Below, piece after piece: positions 1 through 13,840 of a stretch of 64,000 bases of DNA (the stretch's first letter is position 1; each line of letters opens with the position of its first letter). Origin of the DNA: the human T2T-CHM13v2.0 reference genome, Homo sapiens; the NCBI RefSeq assembly GCF_009914755.1, contig NC_060937.1. One strand, written 5' to 3'. The notes under the pieces were generated by a model that searched no databases, had not been told where the DNA came from, and worked only from the letters and a program-made list of their open reading frames with translations. Both the position numbers and the translations under genes were made by a program.

Positions 1-486
1 TTCCCAGGATCCCCAAGGCTGTGCTCTACAATGCTTGCTTTAAATAAAACTTGGTGCCAAAGAGTCTGCCGCAGCTTTCAAGTTCACCCGGACGACACTT
101 TCCTACAATGGGTCTCTTCATACTTCACTATATCCGGATCTAGTTGATCCGCATTTTCTGCACAAAGTCTCACTTCCCAGCAATTGCAATCTGCATCTTG
201 CATAGTTTCCTTCTATTCCCCTGGGTAGCTTGCTGCCAGGAAGGCAGAGGAGAAGAGGAGCTTTTTGATGCTAACAAGGCCTCTGTGTAGGACTCATAGC
301 TAATGGTAAGGAGTTGAGTATGGCATTTCTCAGGGGAGCCCAGGTGAGTGAAAGTGTAAGGGCACAGCTGACAGCCATGTGCGTACCTCGCTGCTGGCCT
401 AAAGTAGGTCCTCCAGCCTCTGAGCAGTAACCTGTTCATGCCTTACATCATGAAAAAATGAGTCAGTGCACTTGGCAACTCATGCC
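1..486 (-). other. Candidate exon (probably 5'UTR-like, runs off the window) of an unidentified minus-strand host transcript
   Basis: Non-repetitive, locally CpG-retaining sequence (about 70-150); minus-strand pyrimidine-rich acceptor ...ttccttttgagttcaggccttacctattttag|GGCATG ending at 487; several short ATG-initiated ORFs. Plus-strand donor-like motifs (341-349, 495-501) make the strand ambiguous. Confidence 0.3.
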
Positions 487-800
487 CTAAAATAGGTAAG
501 GCCTGAACTCAAAAGGAAATTCTGAAAGAAAGGCATTATATGGTGACAGGTTTTTTTTTAAGTTGCCGGTGGTAGGATAAAAGCTAATGAATTATGAACA
601 TCTGTATTATTCTGCTGTCTTCCTCCTTCTGGACTTTTAGATGACTGTAAGCTCAACTTTGAGCTCAGCTAGTATTTTCTCCTGGGCATTCTGAGAAATG
701 AGAACACATTTGCCTGCTGGGAGGCATACCCATTACTTATCAAATTAGCCCTCCTCGAGAATCTAACAGACTTGTCACTGCCTTTAGAAATCCCAGAAGG

Positions 801-802
<2 letters not shown>

Positions 803-840
<38 letters not shown>
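803..840. repeat. (CA)n microsatellite
   Basis: About 19 perfect AC units. Confidence 0.98.
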
Positions 841-842
<2 letters not shown>

Positions 843-1089
843 CATGGTTGAAACACTCAGAAATCTCTTAATATATGTGAAGTCTTGGCCAACATACAGC
901 AACCAAGGAGTCAAAAGTCATGTATGAGTCCTTAGGGATAATCTTTAAGCAGGCTCTTGCCACTGTCATGATTGGAATAGCAAAGGAAAAGCACCTGACC
1001 TTCTAAACAAAGAAGAAACAAATCAGTAAAGCTTAGATATTGGGACTTAATAACAAAAGATAACCTTAAGTAGCTCTCGGGATATACCA

Positions 1090-1250
1090 GGACTTTATTT
1101 GTGTTATCTCATTTAATCCTCATGATAATATCTTGAGGTAGACTGGTAGTATTAATATTCTCATTTTTTAAGATGAGAAAATCAAAGTGTAGGAAGCTTT
1201 AGTAACTCATTCAAGTCTCCCCAGTTAATCAGAGATGGGATGTGAATGCA
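1090..1250 (-). mobile_element. MIR SINE fragment
   Basis: ttatctcatttaatcctcat...ctcatttttaagatgagaaa...agtaact matches the reverse complement of the MIR core. Confidence 0.8.
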
Positions 1251-2029
1251 TGCTATCAATTACTTCTGCTTATCAGTGGTCAATGATATTTTCTATCAGG
1301 ATTAGCCTACATCCAATAAATTTTGAAAGATGAAGGAAAAGATGAGCAGAAAAAAAATGCAGGAGTTCCTTATTTTTTAACAAAGTGAAGATAATACAGG
1401 GAAAGAACACAATGTCAGTCCATTTCTGTGTTATCTGGCTTACTGAGGCAAAAGGAGGTTCTGAACTCGAACCATATGAATGTTGACCCACAAAGACCAG
1501 GGTTTGTTCTTAGCTAAGTGAGTCTTTGGTTAAAGATTCTCACATAGACTCTGAGACCTTACACACATGGTATGACACTCATTCAAATGCAATTTTCCCC
1601 ATTTGGCTATTTCAAGTAGTCAACACACAGAAACTGCGTTTTCCTCCTGTGTCTCCTTGGGGAGGTCAGGGAGGGGTGGTGACATCATGGGAACAGTGTC
1701 TGTCTTCTCTCCTATGACTCATCCGAGTATGTCAAAGAAATGCTGCTAATGCTAGTCCTGCAGCATGAATTATCCTATCTGCCAAGCAAACTCATGTGGA
1801 AAACAGCATACTCTCTCCATCACAGCCCCAAAGAAAGGTAGAAAAGGCAGCAATGAAAAACTACTCATGCAAAACCAAAGCACAAGAGAAGTGAACTTTA
1901 CTCACTTCCTCCGCTCCTCACAAAAAAGTATATATACATTTCCATTTTCATGTTGCCAGAAATAGGTAACGACGGAATTTGATTCCTCCTCTGTGCTCTC
2001 ACACCACTTTGTACAAATTGCTAAATTAC

Positions 2030-2185
2030 AATGCTTACCATATTGTCCTATAATTAGATTTTAGGTGTCTGCCTTCTCACTAGTGTAATAACTCCTTTTT
2101 TCCCTTACCATTTGTATTCCAAGCATCTGGTATCACATTTAACAAATATTTGCTAAACAAACAAATGAAAGGTTGAATAAATGGC
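2030..2185 (+). mobile_element. L2 3' end fragment
   Basis: ttgtattccaagcatctgg...aacaaatatttgctaa...gaataaatg resembles the L2 tail. Confidence 0.55.
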
Positions 2186-3356
2186 ATTTGCTCAAGGGCT
2201 CTCTCTAACTAGGACAAAAGTAATGTTCTTTTTCCTCTATTCTTTGTGACTGAAAATGGCTGACACAGTCATATTGGACGGGGGAATGGATCATGTCAAT
2301 CTGGAGTATTGGGTGTCTCAGATGTTCTGGCAGTTACTGAATGAGTGTCGTATGTGTGGTTACACATGTATCTCATAGTTTCCTCTGCTTTTGTATTCTA
2401 CAGAGTTTGTCTCTTCCCCACTTGTACCCACCAAGCCAGCCTATTTCATGATTGGCTCCCTTAATCACTTATTTTCTTTGAACTTAATTAGGTCAATTAA
2501 AATCCTTACTCTAAGAAGGCACTCTTCTTATTTTAAGTTGCAGGAGAGAGAGGAGGGCGGGAAACATCACTTGATATTACCCTACAGTGCATGCTATGTT
2601 CCAAGCATGATGGAGGCTGGATATTCAGCAAGACTCAGTACATCCGTGGCCCTTCCTCTTGCAGAATTTACAGTCAGTGGGAGAAAGAGAGATAAATCAT
2701 AAGGCCAATCAAATGTAGTAACTATAATGACAGATGAAGCACAGGGTGCTATGGGCCACACAGGAAGGAAACCAAAGCCAATCTGGAGATCAGGAAGAGC
2801 CTCTAGACAACATACCTTTTACATTTTGACCTGAGAGATAAGTGAGACTTATCCAGGTGAAAGGAGAATGTAGGAAGGGGGAGGAGGAGACCCAGAAACT
2901 AGAGAGAACACAATATAAACAAAATACTCAAAGCTACTGAGGAGGGCTAGTGTTTAAGTGAGAAGGCAAACTCAGGCTCCAGCTATTTTCCCATTGCCCT
3001 TATCCTAAGGGCAATGGGAAGCCTTTGGAGGATTTTAACCAAGGTAGTGACATTTGGATCCGAGTTTTGGGAGAGAGACCTGGGTTGTAGGTAAAGTCAC
3101 ATAGATTTGGGAGTGGTATCATTACGGGAGGTTAACTGCAACAAGTAGACCTTCAACATTTCCTTTTAGCAAGATTACTGTGGTGCCATATGGAGAATGG
3201 ATTATAAAACTGTGAGACTAGATGTGTAGAAACCACTTAGGATGCTATTTCAGTAGTCCAGATGAAGATGGTAATGGTGACATTTGAAATGGAAAGAAGT
3301 GGATGGGTTCAAAAGAATACTAGACAGAATTAGCAGGCCTTGGCAATTGACCAGAT

Positions 3357-3579
3357 GAGAGGTTGGCAAAATTTATCTGCAAAGGACTAGATAAGAAATG
3401 CTTAGCCTTTGCCAGCCATATGGTTCCTGTCACCACTACTCAACTCTGCTGTTTAGTGAGAAAGTGGACATAGACAATATATAAATGAATGAGCATGCCT
3501 GTGTCCCCATAAAAACCTATTTACAAAAAAACAGGCCATAGGCCAAATTCGACCCAAGGCTAGGGCATGCCAACTCCTG
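3357..3579. mobile_element. MER58A-like hAT-Charlie DNA transposon
   Basis: ggttggcaaa...caccactactcaactctgctg...atagacaatatataaatgaatgagcatg...tgccaactcctg with terminal inverted repeats. Confidence 0.85.
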
Positions 3580-3859
3580 GATTAAATGAGGAGTGTGGCA
3601 ATCAGAATAGTAAAAATGGCTCCCAAGTATGTGAACTCAGCGTCTGGTTGTCCGGGACTACTATTTGCAGAGAAAGGGGCACAGGAGAAGGAGCAGGGTC
3701 AGAGGGAAGGAGGCAGTGACCAGTTTTAGACAAGCTGAGTTCAATATACCTGAAATATATCACCCAAGATGTGTCTAATAAGCAGTTAGACAGTTGGATC
3801 TCAGTTTCAGGAAAAAAGATCTGGGCTCTAGGTAAGTTGTTTTAGTTAGGGTCATCTAA

Positions 3860-4152
3860 AATATACTAACAGGCCACAAAAATCAGTGGCTTCAGTAATA
3901 AGTATTTCTTTCTCATATGATGACAGAACTCAGGCCAGGGCTGGGGGAGGACAGTTGTTCCAGGAGCCCATCTGATGGCAGCATCCATCCTACTCAGCCA
4001 AAAGGAGGAAAGTTCAGAGACAAGCATTTGTAGGAGGTTTCTATGGAGGGATCCGAACTTCCAGAGAGGTGACAAATGCAGTCTAGCTGTGTTTGTTTCT
4101 AGGATCAGGAGTAGACTGAATTTTGGTGAACAGCTACCAGGATCTACCACCA
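3860..4152. mobile_element. MLT1J/K-like MaLR LTR fragment
   Basis: aaatcagtggcttcag...aaatgcagtctagctgtgt...ttttggtgaacagcta...ctaccacca. Confidence 0.6.
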
Positions 4153-6129
4153 GAGTCAAAAATACATAGAGAGGTCAAGAAGGCATGAAAATGAATAAAA
4201 GTGATTCAGGCAACTATAAAGCATGAGACCAAGGTCAGAGCTCCAAAGAACACCAATGTTAGAAGATACACTGAAGAGGTAAAAGGAAGATCCAGCAAAG
4301 TAGAAGAATGACAAAACAAAAATAAAACGAGACTGTGTTAGATACTTAATCAATGTATGTAGAAATGTGAGTACAAATTTAATCATTAAGCACTGAGCAC
4401 ATCTCTGACAAGCTGACATTATTTGGTGCCTCTGATATTTAGATGAAAAATAAGCCAAATTGGATTTAAGAGAAAATGGCAAAATCAGCTTCTCGAAAAA
4501 GCCAGATTTTCATTACCATGCAGATGGACTGCTTTAGGGCTATGTGTCATAATATTCATTTTTTCCATTTACTTTTGTGTCCATAAATCAAGCTCTCTCT
4601 ATAGGAGAAATGTATATTCTGCATCAAACATTTTATGTGATCTTATACACATATGAACTTAATATAAATATGAATATACATCTGTCGTTGTATACACACA
4701 CTCAACACTCAAAGGATTCATTATCAAATGCATTTCTTTTTCACTTCCATTTTTTGCAATTTTCCATGCTCTCTGCTTTGCCCAAGGCTTCTTCTCCACC
4801 ACCCAAACCATCCCACTTTGCATGTCTGTTCTTGGCTCTCAGTGGAAAGACCAAGGAAAAGAAGCTAGACTTCACCCTGATAACATTTTAAGTCCTTCTC
4901 CATTATTAGAGAATACAACAGAGTCTGTAGCCTGAATGAAAAATCCAGGCCAGAACATCCATCCCCTGTTCCTTGGCTCTTCCTCCAAGAGATCTCAGCT
5001 AGGAAAAGGGAGATCTGAAATCTTGCTGGCATGTTACCAACTAACAGAGTGGTATCCATCAATCTAGCCTCTTCTCTCTCTCTTTAGAATGTAAGGTATT
5101 CAGGACAACCATGGGAGTTCTGAGATTTTTGTATTTAGAACACTCTTTTTAGCAAAAGAACATCCAGCCTTGCTTATAAATAAGTTAAAAAAAAAAAAAA
5201 AAGACAAGCAGATTAAAAAAAGCTGCCCAGGAGGCACTCATAGAAAAAACAAAATTAGTAACCTCTTCTACTTGCCCAGCATAAATTATTAGTGTACTCA
5301 GCTTGACCAAGTGACTATTTATAAGTCTGAACACCATGGTGTTCAATAAATATAATTGAGGATGGTGACAATGCTACCCATATTTCCTTACTTAATGACA
5401 CCCAGTTGGCAGTTCAGTAGCACAAATCATATGCATTTTACTCTTCCTTTACTCGTCTTCACATTGTAACTCATATCAGGAATGAATTTAACCATTGGAA
5501 ATAGCCTTCCAATTAGCAAAATTAATTTTTTGTTTGATTTGAAAGAGACCAGCCAGTGGATATAAGCAAGGAAAAACTCCGCAAGCAGCATTTCTGGCTT
5601 CTGTGAGGAGATTTTCTGTCAGCTCCAACAAGTCTTTCTTATTGCTACTTTTATAGGGTCATCATTATTCAACGTCTCCTAGCTTCAAATATCATCTGCA
5701 AAGCACATCTAGAAATTTAGCTGGTGATGCAGATAATGTATGAAACTGAGAAACCACTACTTGTTTCCCACTGGCTAAGTTAAATATATAGTTTAGAAGA
5801 TTTTAGAACCTCTCAGCTAGTCTGAGGTGGGAGAAGGGCAAGAGTTCGCCAACACCATGTGTACATAGCCTGTGAAACTTCTTAGGCATTTGTTCAAAAG
5901 AGTATGTGAATGCAAAATTCACAATTTGGACATTTTATCTAGCCTTCAATTGGCAACTAGGCTGGAACTCCATCAACTTTGTTTAGTCAGATCCTTCTCT
6001 CATCTCTGCCATTCTTCTAAAGCCACAAAGTCAACCCTGCCATCTCCTTCTCTTCACAAGACAATCTTGTCTCCTCTATGTCTAGAAAATCAAAACCATT
6101 TACCAATACTGTGAAACTTAGGACCACCT

Positions 6130-6620
6130 TTCACTCTCCCATCAGCATCATTTTTCATAAGTAAGTACCAAAACAAGTCTTTCATCTGCCTCTGTTCTCT
6201 CCCCCACCACCCCTATCTTAGTCCGGGTGCCCATCACTCCTTACTTAGACTAGTACCTCTCGTCATCTTCTTGCCTACTGCCTAATTTCTCTGGAATCCA
6301 TCCTACTCGTCTTCCATGAAAAGAAAAAAAAAAACTATCTAAAACACCAATCAGATAGTATCATGCCTTTGTATAAACCCTCACAACAATTACACCATCT
6401 GAGAATAAATCTACATTTATTCCCTGGTTACAACCTCATTTCTCATGACTTCTGTCACACATTTCACACCATACACACACAGCTGCTAGTCCTCACCTAA
6501 GAGACTTTCACACTCAAGTCTCTGCCTAGTATGTACCTCCTCATTAATCACCCCACCCTCCCTTGGTTCATTCCTACTATATGTTTAATGTTCATTCAGG
6601 GATAATCTCCTGGAAGCCCA
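6130..6620 (+). mobile_element. L2 fragment
   Basis: C-rich L2 ORF2/3' motifs (ccctatcttagtcc...catcactccttacttagacta; ggaagcc). Confidence 0.55.
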
Positions 6621-6625
6621 CAGAC

Positions 6626-6926
6626 TTTTTTTTTTTTTTTTTTCCGAGACAGAGTCTCTTTCTGTCACCCAGGCTGGAGGGCAGTGGCGCGATCTTGGCT
6701 CACTGCAATCTCCGCCTCCCAGGTTCAAGCGATTCTCCTGCCACAGCCTCCTAACTAGCTGGGACTATAGGCACGTGCCACCACGCCTGGCTAATTTTTT
6801 GTATTTTTAGTAGAGATGGGGTTTCACCGTGTTAGGCAGGATGGTCTCAATCTCCTGACCTTGTGATCCACCCACCTCAGCCTCCCAAAGTGCTGGGATT
6901 ATAGGCATGAGCCACCGTGCCTGGCC
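6626..6926 (-). mobile_element. Alu (AluSc/Y-like)
   Basis: Poly-T then full dimeric Alu; gttaggcaggatggtctcaatctcctgaccttgtgatcc. Confidence 0.97.
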
Positions 6927-7049
6927 ATCTGGACTCATTCTTAATCCTCTCCAAACACTCTCTACCTAACTCTGTGAGTGAACTCTAATACTTCTATATG
7001 TGAATCTACTTTTTTATCTCTGAATTAGTGGATGGTAATTGACATATGG

Positions 7050-8180
7050 AACAGAATGGAGGAAAGAGAACTTGACCTAAGGATCCAGGGGAACTTAGTG
7101 TATGATGACTGGAAAAGCCACGGATTCTGAAATAATGGTGTTGGGATAACAAGTTAACATACAGAAAAAATAATTTTGGATTCTTACTAAGTATCTTCCC
7201 CCAAAATTAATTCCAGAAAGATTAAATCTTTAAATGTTTTTTAAAATCACAGAATTAGAAGAAAATTTAATGGACAATTTCTATAATCCAAGGGGAGAAA
7301 GTTTTTCCAAGTATAATTGTAAAAGCCAGAAACTATAAGGATTGATACATTTGATTGCACAAATAAGTAGCTTTTCAATTGGGAAAAAAAAATGCTATAA
7401 ATCCAAGTAAGAAGACAATCAACAAATAGAGAAAACTGCATATTTAGCACATTGCCTGACATCTAATTTACTTTGTATAAACTGATTTATATGTAGAGGG
7501 CTAATCTCCCTAATATATAAAGAACTCTTTTGAACCAACACAAAAAAGACAAACCTCCTATTAGAAAAAGCAAAACAAATGACATGAACAGGCATACAAA
7601 TTGCCTCTAAATTTATGTAAAATTTTCAAATTCCCAAAGAAGTTCAAATTTTACATGTTTTGTATAACAGAATAACAAAGATTTTAAAAAATACTCTGAG
7701 TTATTGAAGATGTGGGAAAATGGGCACTGTTAAATACTGCTGAGAGTAAACTGATAAAAATTTGCAGGAAGTAGTTTAAGAGTACATATTAAAAATTATG
7801 ACCCAGAATTTTCACCAGAATGTATCCTAAATAACAACCTAAACATCTATCAATGAGGTGTTCTTAAATTATAGTAGCTCTTTATATTACAGTATCATGT
7901 ACCATCAAAATCAATAACATGCATATTTACAAAAAAAGCTACACCTATGTTATAAATTTATTTTAAAAACTATATTTGAAAACAATTTATAACACAGTTG
8001 TGTTTTTAAATAGGTGTGCTTACATGTACAACAAGAAAAAAACTTAGAAGGATATTTCTCAAAATGTAAATCATCATCTCTAAGAGGTGGAACTATGAAT
8101 TCCTTCTTTATACCTTCTTTCCTATACATAGATTTTTGAATTATCTGATTTTTTTTCAAAGAGCATGTATACTTTTATAA
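7050..8180 (+). mobile_element. Old L1 (L1M/L1ME) ORF2-3'UTR remnants
   Basis: aaataatggtgttgggataac, attaattccaga, aatgacatgaacaggca, gaagatgtgggaaaatggg: degraded L1 ORF2 C-terminal motifs. Confidence 0.7.
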
Positions 8181-10359
8181 TTAAAATTATTATGAACAAT
8201 ATAATTATTTCTACTGTTTAATAAGAATGGAGAAAGACAAAAACCAATGTTTGTGTGAATGGATAGAGAAGAGTCACATGTCTAAAAAAGCTGCCATTTT
8301 AACTAAATTATACCAACCACAACCAAGGAACACTCATAAAGTCCAGCTTGTACAAAGTTTGACAAATCCAATTAACAAAATACCATAGACTGCCTGGACA
8401 GTTAACACTATAGTTTTCCTTTTCTGAATCTTTCTCATACACAAAACAGTCAGCTACTATTCTAATTCCAGTGGCCGTGAAACAAGAATGAACTGTTTCA
8501 TATCCATTCAACTCTGATCATTCTTATAATAGAAAAGGTGAAGCTAATTTCCTTTCTCTGTCTCTGAAAGTTTGCCCATCTTTTGTCACAAAAAATGTTG
8601 GATGGCCTTTCAGCTCTAAGGATAAACGCATGCACAGGTTACCAGGACATGTTGCAAGTTTATATGCATGTTCTCATATGAACAATAATCATGTCTATGA
8701 TTAGCCAATAATTCTCACAAAACAGAAGGGTATCAGTAACATAGGCAGAAAAATCCAACAAACAAAAATGTCGACTAAGCTTTAAATTCATTTTATTACC
8801 CAATATTATAAATTTTATTACCCAATATTAGTTCAAGTCCATCATTTTAAAATAGGGTTTATCAACCATAGGGAGTATGGGGAAGCTAGGACTTGGTGAC
8901 TGGTCTTCCTGAGAACAAAAGAAGTAAAAGTTATTTATAGTGACCTTTTAATGTTTACCTTAGAGCTGCTAATCCGATGTAAATTGTCACCCCATGGATA
9001 TGCATAATCAACTTTATTCCCTTTGCTAATTGAGAAATAGAGCTGTTAATGTCAAGAAACATTTGAAAAATGCACCAAGCCTGCTCAATGGAGCAAGTTC
9101 ATTTTAAAAGTCAGAGTTTCCATATGGTAAAATCATGGAAATTAAACTTAGGGGAAAAAAAAAAAAACAGAGAGAGAGACTAATTTGTTATTGAGCTAGT
9201 CTGTGCTAGAACAAAATCAGTCTTAACAACCCCAAGCCTGGAAATTTTGACCACTTCTTATGTTCAAAAGTAACTCCCTCAGCTCTTATGAAAAATAATT
9301 CCATCACATCTCTCCAAAGTTCCTCTCCTGCTGAGTTTATGCTTTCCCACCTGCACTGGGTCTGGCTTAGCAGTCACTTTGCCAGGACACTCACACAATG
9401 CAATTCACACAAGTCAGTCCTTCTCTTTCTTTTACTCTCTGGTAGGTTGTCTTTTGAGTTTCCTTTAAAACTGATCACTGAGAAGTAAATGAGTGAGTCG
9501 TATGCCAATTGTGTAAAAAGGGGATGATAATATATTCCCTTGAGTGATACTTGAAGATTGCTGTCACTTTTATAATGCCACATATGGTAGAAGTAGGCAA
9601 AATTTTAATTTATGGTTAATCTTAGAAGAGATGTGGTTAAAGCAGTCACTGGCTGCAAGGGACCACTTTGCCCTCTCCTATTCCAAGACAAGACTCACTT
9701 CTACCCTTCCTCAGTGACTTCCTTGTTTTATAAAACCCAAGTTTTCTCCCGTTTCTTTGAGACAATCCTCATTATTGAACATTCTCCCCCTTGAAAGAGC
9801 TTAACTAAAATCTTCCCCTTAATTGTCTGCTGCATTTTGTCTAAGAAATTAAGGCCAGCCCTAAGCATGTGCCCCAAACATTCTCTTCTCAAAGGCAAGG
9901 CCAGCAACCATTCTGTTTCTTGCGACGATAGAAAACACAAGTCACAGTGAGAAGAGCACAAGCACTAACCACACACATCGATGGCACACTTCAAGATCCT
10001 GCAAGGCAGACTTAGTCCTGAGTGAGTGGGGCTTAGTCCTGAGCACATCTAGACTTCAATCTCCTGCAGTCACCAGGCCCCGCAGAGTGATATGTTCACA
10101 AAGACACACCTGATGTGAACTGCATGCTCTTCTGAGAAGGTAACCCATGATTAGCAGAATAAGCTCATATTTAAAAAAAAAAAAATGGTTCTTTACTCCA
10201 TTCCCACCACACACTGCAGGGATCTAAGTAGGGGTTACCTAACCTCTCTGAGCCTTGATCTCCTCATCCATCAAAGTGCTTTAACTGACCTAATCACAGC
10301 CAGAGGGCTCACCTTGGTTCAACAAAACATATTCAGACCCATTCTCCTTTTACTTTTAA

Positions 10360-10671
<312 letters not shown>

Positions 10672-10694
10672 TCATTTTTTTCTTCACTTTTTAC

Positions 10695-11325
10695 AAAATA
10701 ACAGTTTTACTGAAATATGATCCTCATACCCTAAATATTCCCCGTTTTTAAGTGTACAGTTCAGTGATTTTTAATATATTCACAGAGTTCGGCAATTATC
10801 ACCATTATTTAATTCCAGAACATTTTAATCATCCTCAAAAGAAACCCCATATCCATCAGTAGTCACTCCCCATCCCCCCACTACAACCCATGATAACTAC
10901 TACTCTACTTTCTGTTTCTATGAATTTGGCTATTCTAGACATTTCATATGAATGAAATTATATAATATGTAGCCTTTTGTGACTAGCTTCTTTCACTCAG
11001 CATAATGTCTTCAACGTTCATCTATGTTGCAACATGTGTTGGTATTTCATTCCTTTTGATGCCAGAATAATATTTCATGGTATAGATATATTAATACCAG
11101 ATTTTGTTTATCTATTCATCAGTTGATGGACATGTGGGTTCTTCCCACTGTTTAGCTATTATGACTGATGTTGTTATGAACATTCATGTACAGGTACTTG
11201 TATGGAAATATGTTTTCAGTTCTCTTGGATACATAGCTAAGAGATATACTGGGCCATGTGGTAACTCTACGTTTAACCTTTTCAGGAACTGCCAAATTGT
11301 TTTCCAAAGTGGTTGTGCCATTTTC
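10695..11325 (-). mobile_element. L1MB-type 3' end
   Basis: aagtgtacagttcagtg...ttccagaacatttt...aaaagaaaccccat...cattcatgtacagg...aggaactgccaaattgttttccaaagtgg. Confidence 0.88.
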
Positions 11326-11749
11326 TTTGCTATTTGATATATTTTGGTTCCTTCTGTGTCTGCTTTCTGGTTTTTGGGGGCTCAGCTGGGAAAGTAATTG
11401 GGATACTTCAAAAGATATTTTACACATAGTGGACAATTTTTAGCCATTATAGGTAGACACAAATACACAGTGGCTGAGCTTGGGAGCCACAGAATGTGGT
11501 GCTATAGGGCACACCGAAAGGATATCCATGCTAGTTAGCAATGATACCTGGAGTTCAGAGAACAATTTAGGAAGATCTGGGTGGGTTTTGATATGATATA
11601 GCAATAAACAACACATGGATGCACGCACTTAGACCTTTATCTCAGGTGCTTAAACTATAACCAGGACAATTCAAGACGTACATAAATAATGACAGGACAC
11701 ATTTTTGAGATTCCTTTGCTTTTTTTTTTTTTTTTAAGAATATATAAGA

Positions 11750-12250
11750 ATATTTCCAGCTGGCCATATCAGAGAAGATGGTTTTGGAACAGAAACCATC
11801 TTCACTGGCTCTTGAAGGATAAAAATGTTTTAAACAAGCAGAAATGAGGAGTTGCATCTCAGGCAGAGGCAACTGTATAAAGAAAGGCACAGAGTGAAAC
11901 ATACAAATGAGGAGCTGGAAAAAGATACAAAAGAAATGAAACAATTAACATTGAATATGAAAGGTGATTTAGAAGGTGGAATACAAGATGACTCTACGTT
12001 TTTGGCATGGAAGATGGGATAGACCACTGTGCCATTAACAGAAAGGATGGTCAAATCTGAAGGAAGAACTAGTAGGAGCGGGAAGGAAATGAGTTCAATT
12101 TTAGACATAGATTGGGTTTAAGCTATCAGGGGAACATATGTAGGTAGGGTCCATTAAGCAAATAAAATATAGAATTGGAGCTTAAGAAATATATTTCCTA
12201 ATAGAGGTCATTGCTGAAGCCTTCAGTGGGAACACAGGGAGAAGAAAAGT
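11750..12250 (-). mobile_element. L2 fragment
   Basis: caggcagaggcaac...aaaggcacagag; caagatgactc...ttttggcatgg; gagttcaattttagacat. Confidence 0.65.
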
Positions 12251-13781
12251 GGCCTGTTATAACTTACCCTCAAAGAGGAAACTCAGTCCACTGCAGAACA
12301 AAGAAGACCAGGACAAGGCCATGCAAGGGCTTGGGAAACTGACCAAATTTTAGGGCTCAACCTTGAGGAAGGGAGCTGGCTGTTCAACTACAATGTTCTG
12401 AAGGACAGTGCAAACACAGGCTTAATCAGGCCAGAGCTGATAACTAGGAAGTTTAATCTAGAAAGTCAGGCACAGCAGCAGGAATTTCCAGTCACAGGCT
12501 AGCCATATCAGGACAGATCACCTGCCACGGGATCAGGAGATGAAGGACAGAACTCAGCCTCTCCAGAACTAGCAGGACCTGGGCAAAATAGACAAGTTCC
12601 ATCCAAAGGGACGGGATTCCAGAAAGACTCTAGTTCACACAAATTGGACAGATCTGATAGGCTTTGCTGGAAGGATACAGGATGGTCTGAATACGAGTAA
12701 CCAGAAGTAACTCTACCTCCCCTCTGTCAACACCTGGTTTACAGGAGCAAGACTGGTTTGGGTCCCCATATGCTACTTACTGTAGATGAAGCTTCTATTG
12801 TTCCTTCTGCCCTGTTCAGGAAAGGCTCACAAACTGACTGAAGCTAAGCTTCCAGATGCTCCATCACACCAGAATCAGCATTGAGGAAGGAAAGGATAGG
12901 GCCTTGCAGTACATTCACATTTGGCAGGGCAAAGAAGGAAGAGAGAAAAAGAAGATACGGTGGTGGATACATTCAAACACTCTGTATATCAGCAGAGAGT
13001 AATGATGAAGCAGGAGAGAAGGAGATCAGAGAAAATGAAGGAGTGGACTCAAAAAAAATGGGTGAGTCATCAGGGAATCCCTTTGTGTCACTGGTTTTCA
13101 CCTAAAATTTTACTTTACCATATCCAACAGTGATGCTCTATTACAAATAATGCTTTGCTTGTCATCCTGCCTTCAAAAGCCCCTTTGGTTTTCAGCAACC
13201 AATACGTAAGAATCACAACTCCTACATAAGTACCTTTTGGTAAACACATTCAATCTTGACCTGGAAGCTACAGTAAAAACAAAGAAAAGATCAATTATAT
13301 AAAGTTGGAAATACAGACCTCCAAAGACCCTAACTGTTAGAGTAGCCAGCACATATCAGAAACTTTACAGAATGCCAAATCACAGCATAAATAATAAAAT
13401 GTAAAACTCAGTGGTTATAAAAATAGACTGTGAGCTAAAACTTAAACAATTAAACCATATTATAGAAAGGCATCTTTTGAAAATTTAAAATACTACAATT
13501 TTAACACATATAAAAATTCACAAAAATGAAGTTTTTTTTTACCTCATATTTTATTGAGGCAAGAAGTAAAACAAACAATGATCTTAACACCATGATCAAA
13601 AATAGAAACTTTCAATCAACACTGCACTTTTCACAAAATTATAAGAGGCTGAAAACTGCAAATAGCACATGTCAAGTCTCTGCACACTTCACTAGAGATA
13701 TATTTATTCAAAACTAAATGTCTCCCAACGATCTTACTCTAGAAAGAACATGAGTCATATATGCTGAGAAACTCTTCTTAC

Positions 13782-13840
13782 AGTTTTAACCTTTTGCGGA
13801 AAAAAAGGCATAGCTTCCAGCCCATACACTAGTAAAGAGC
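13782..13840 (-). other. Candidate 59-nt exon
   Basis: Minus strand: ttgtttttcacag|GCTCTTT...AAAACT|gtaaga in unique sequence; splice-motif evidence only. Confidence 0.25.

Larger units (their letters stand above)
2575..4330 (-). mobile_element. Degraded L2 LINE, interrupted by MER58A and an MLT1 LTR
   Basis: Typical antisense L2 motifs (gggcaatgggaagcc...ggattttaa; gatgctatttcagtagtccag; ttttagacaagctgagttc). Confidence 0.7.

Noticed and set aside
8790-8830. 19-bp direct repeat attttattacccaatatta x2
   Set aside because: Simple slippage duplication in AT-rich DNA; two copies only, not an array.
12255-12800. Possible ancient LTR
   Set aside because: Composition is suggestive, but I cannot match termini or family from memory.
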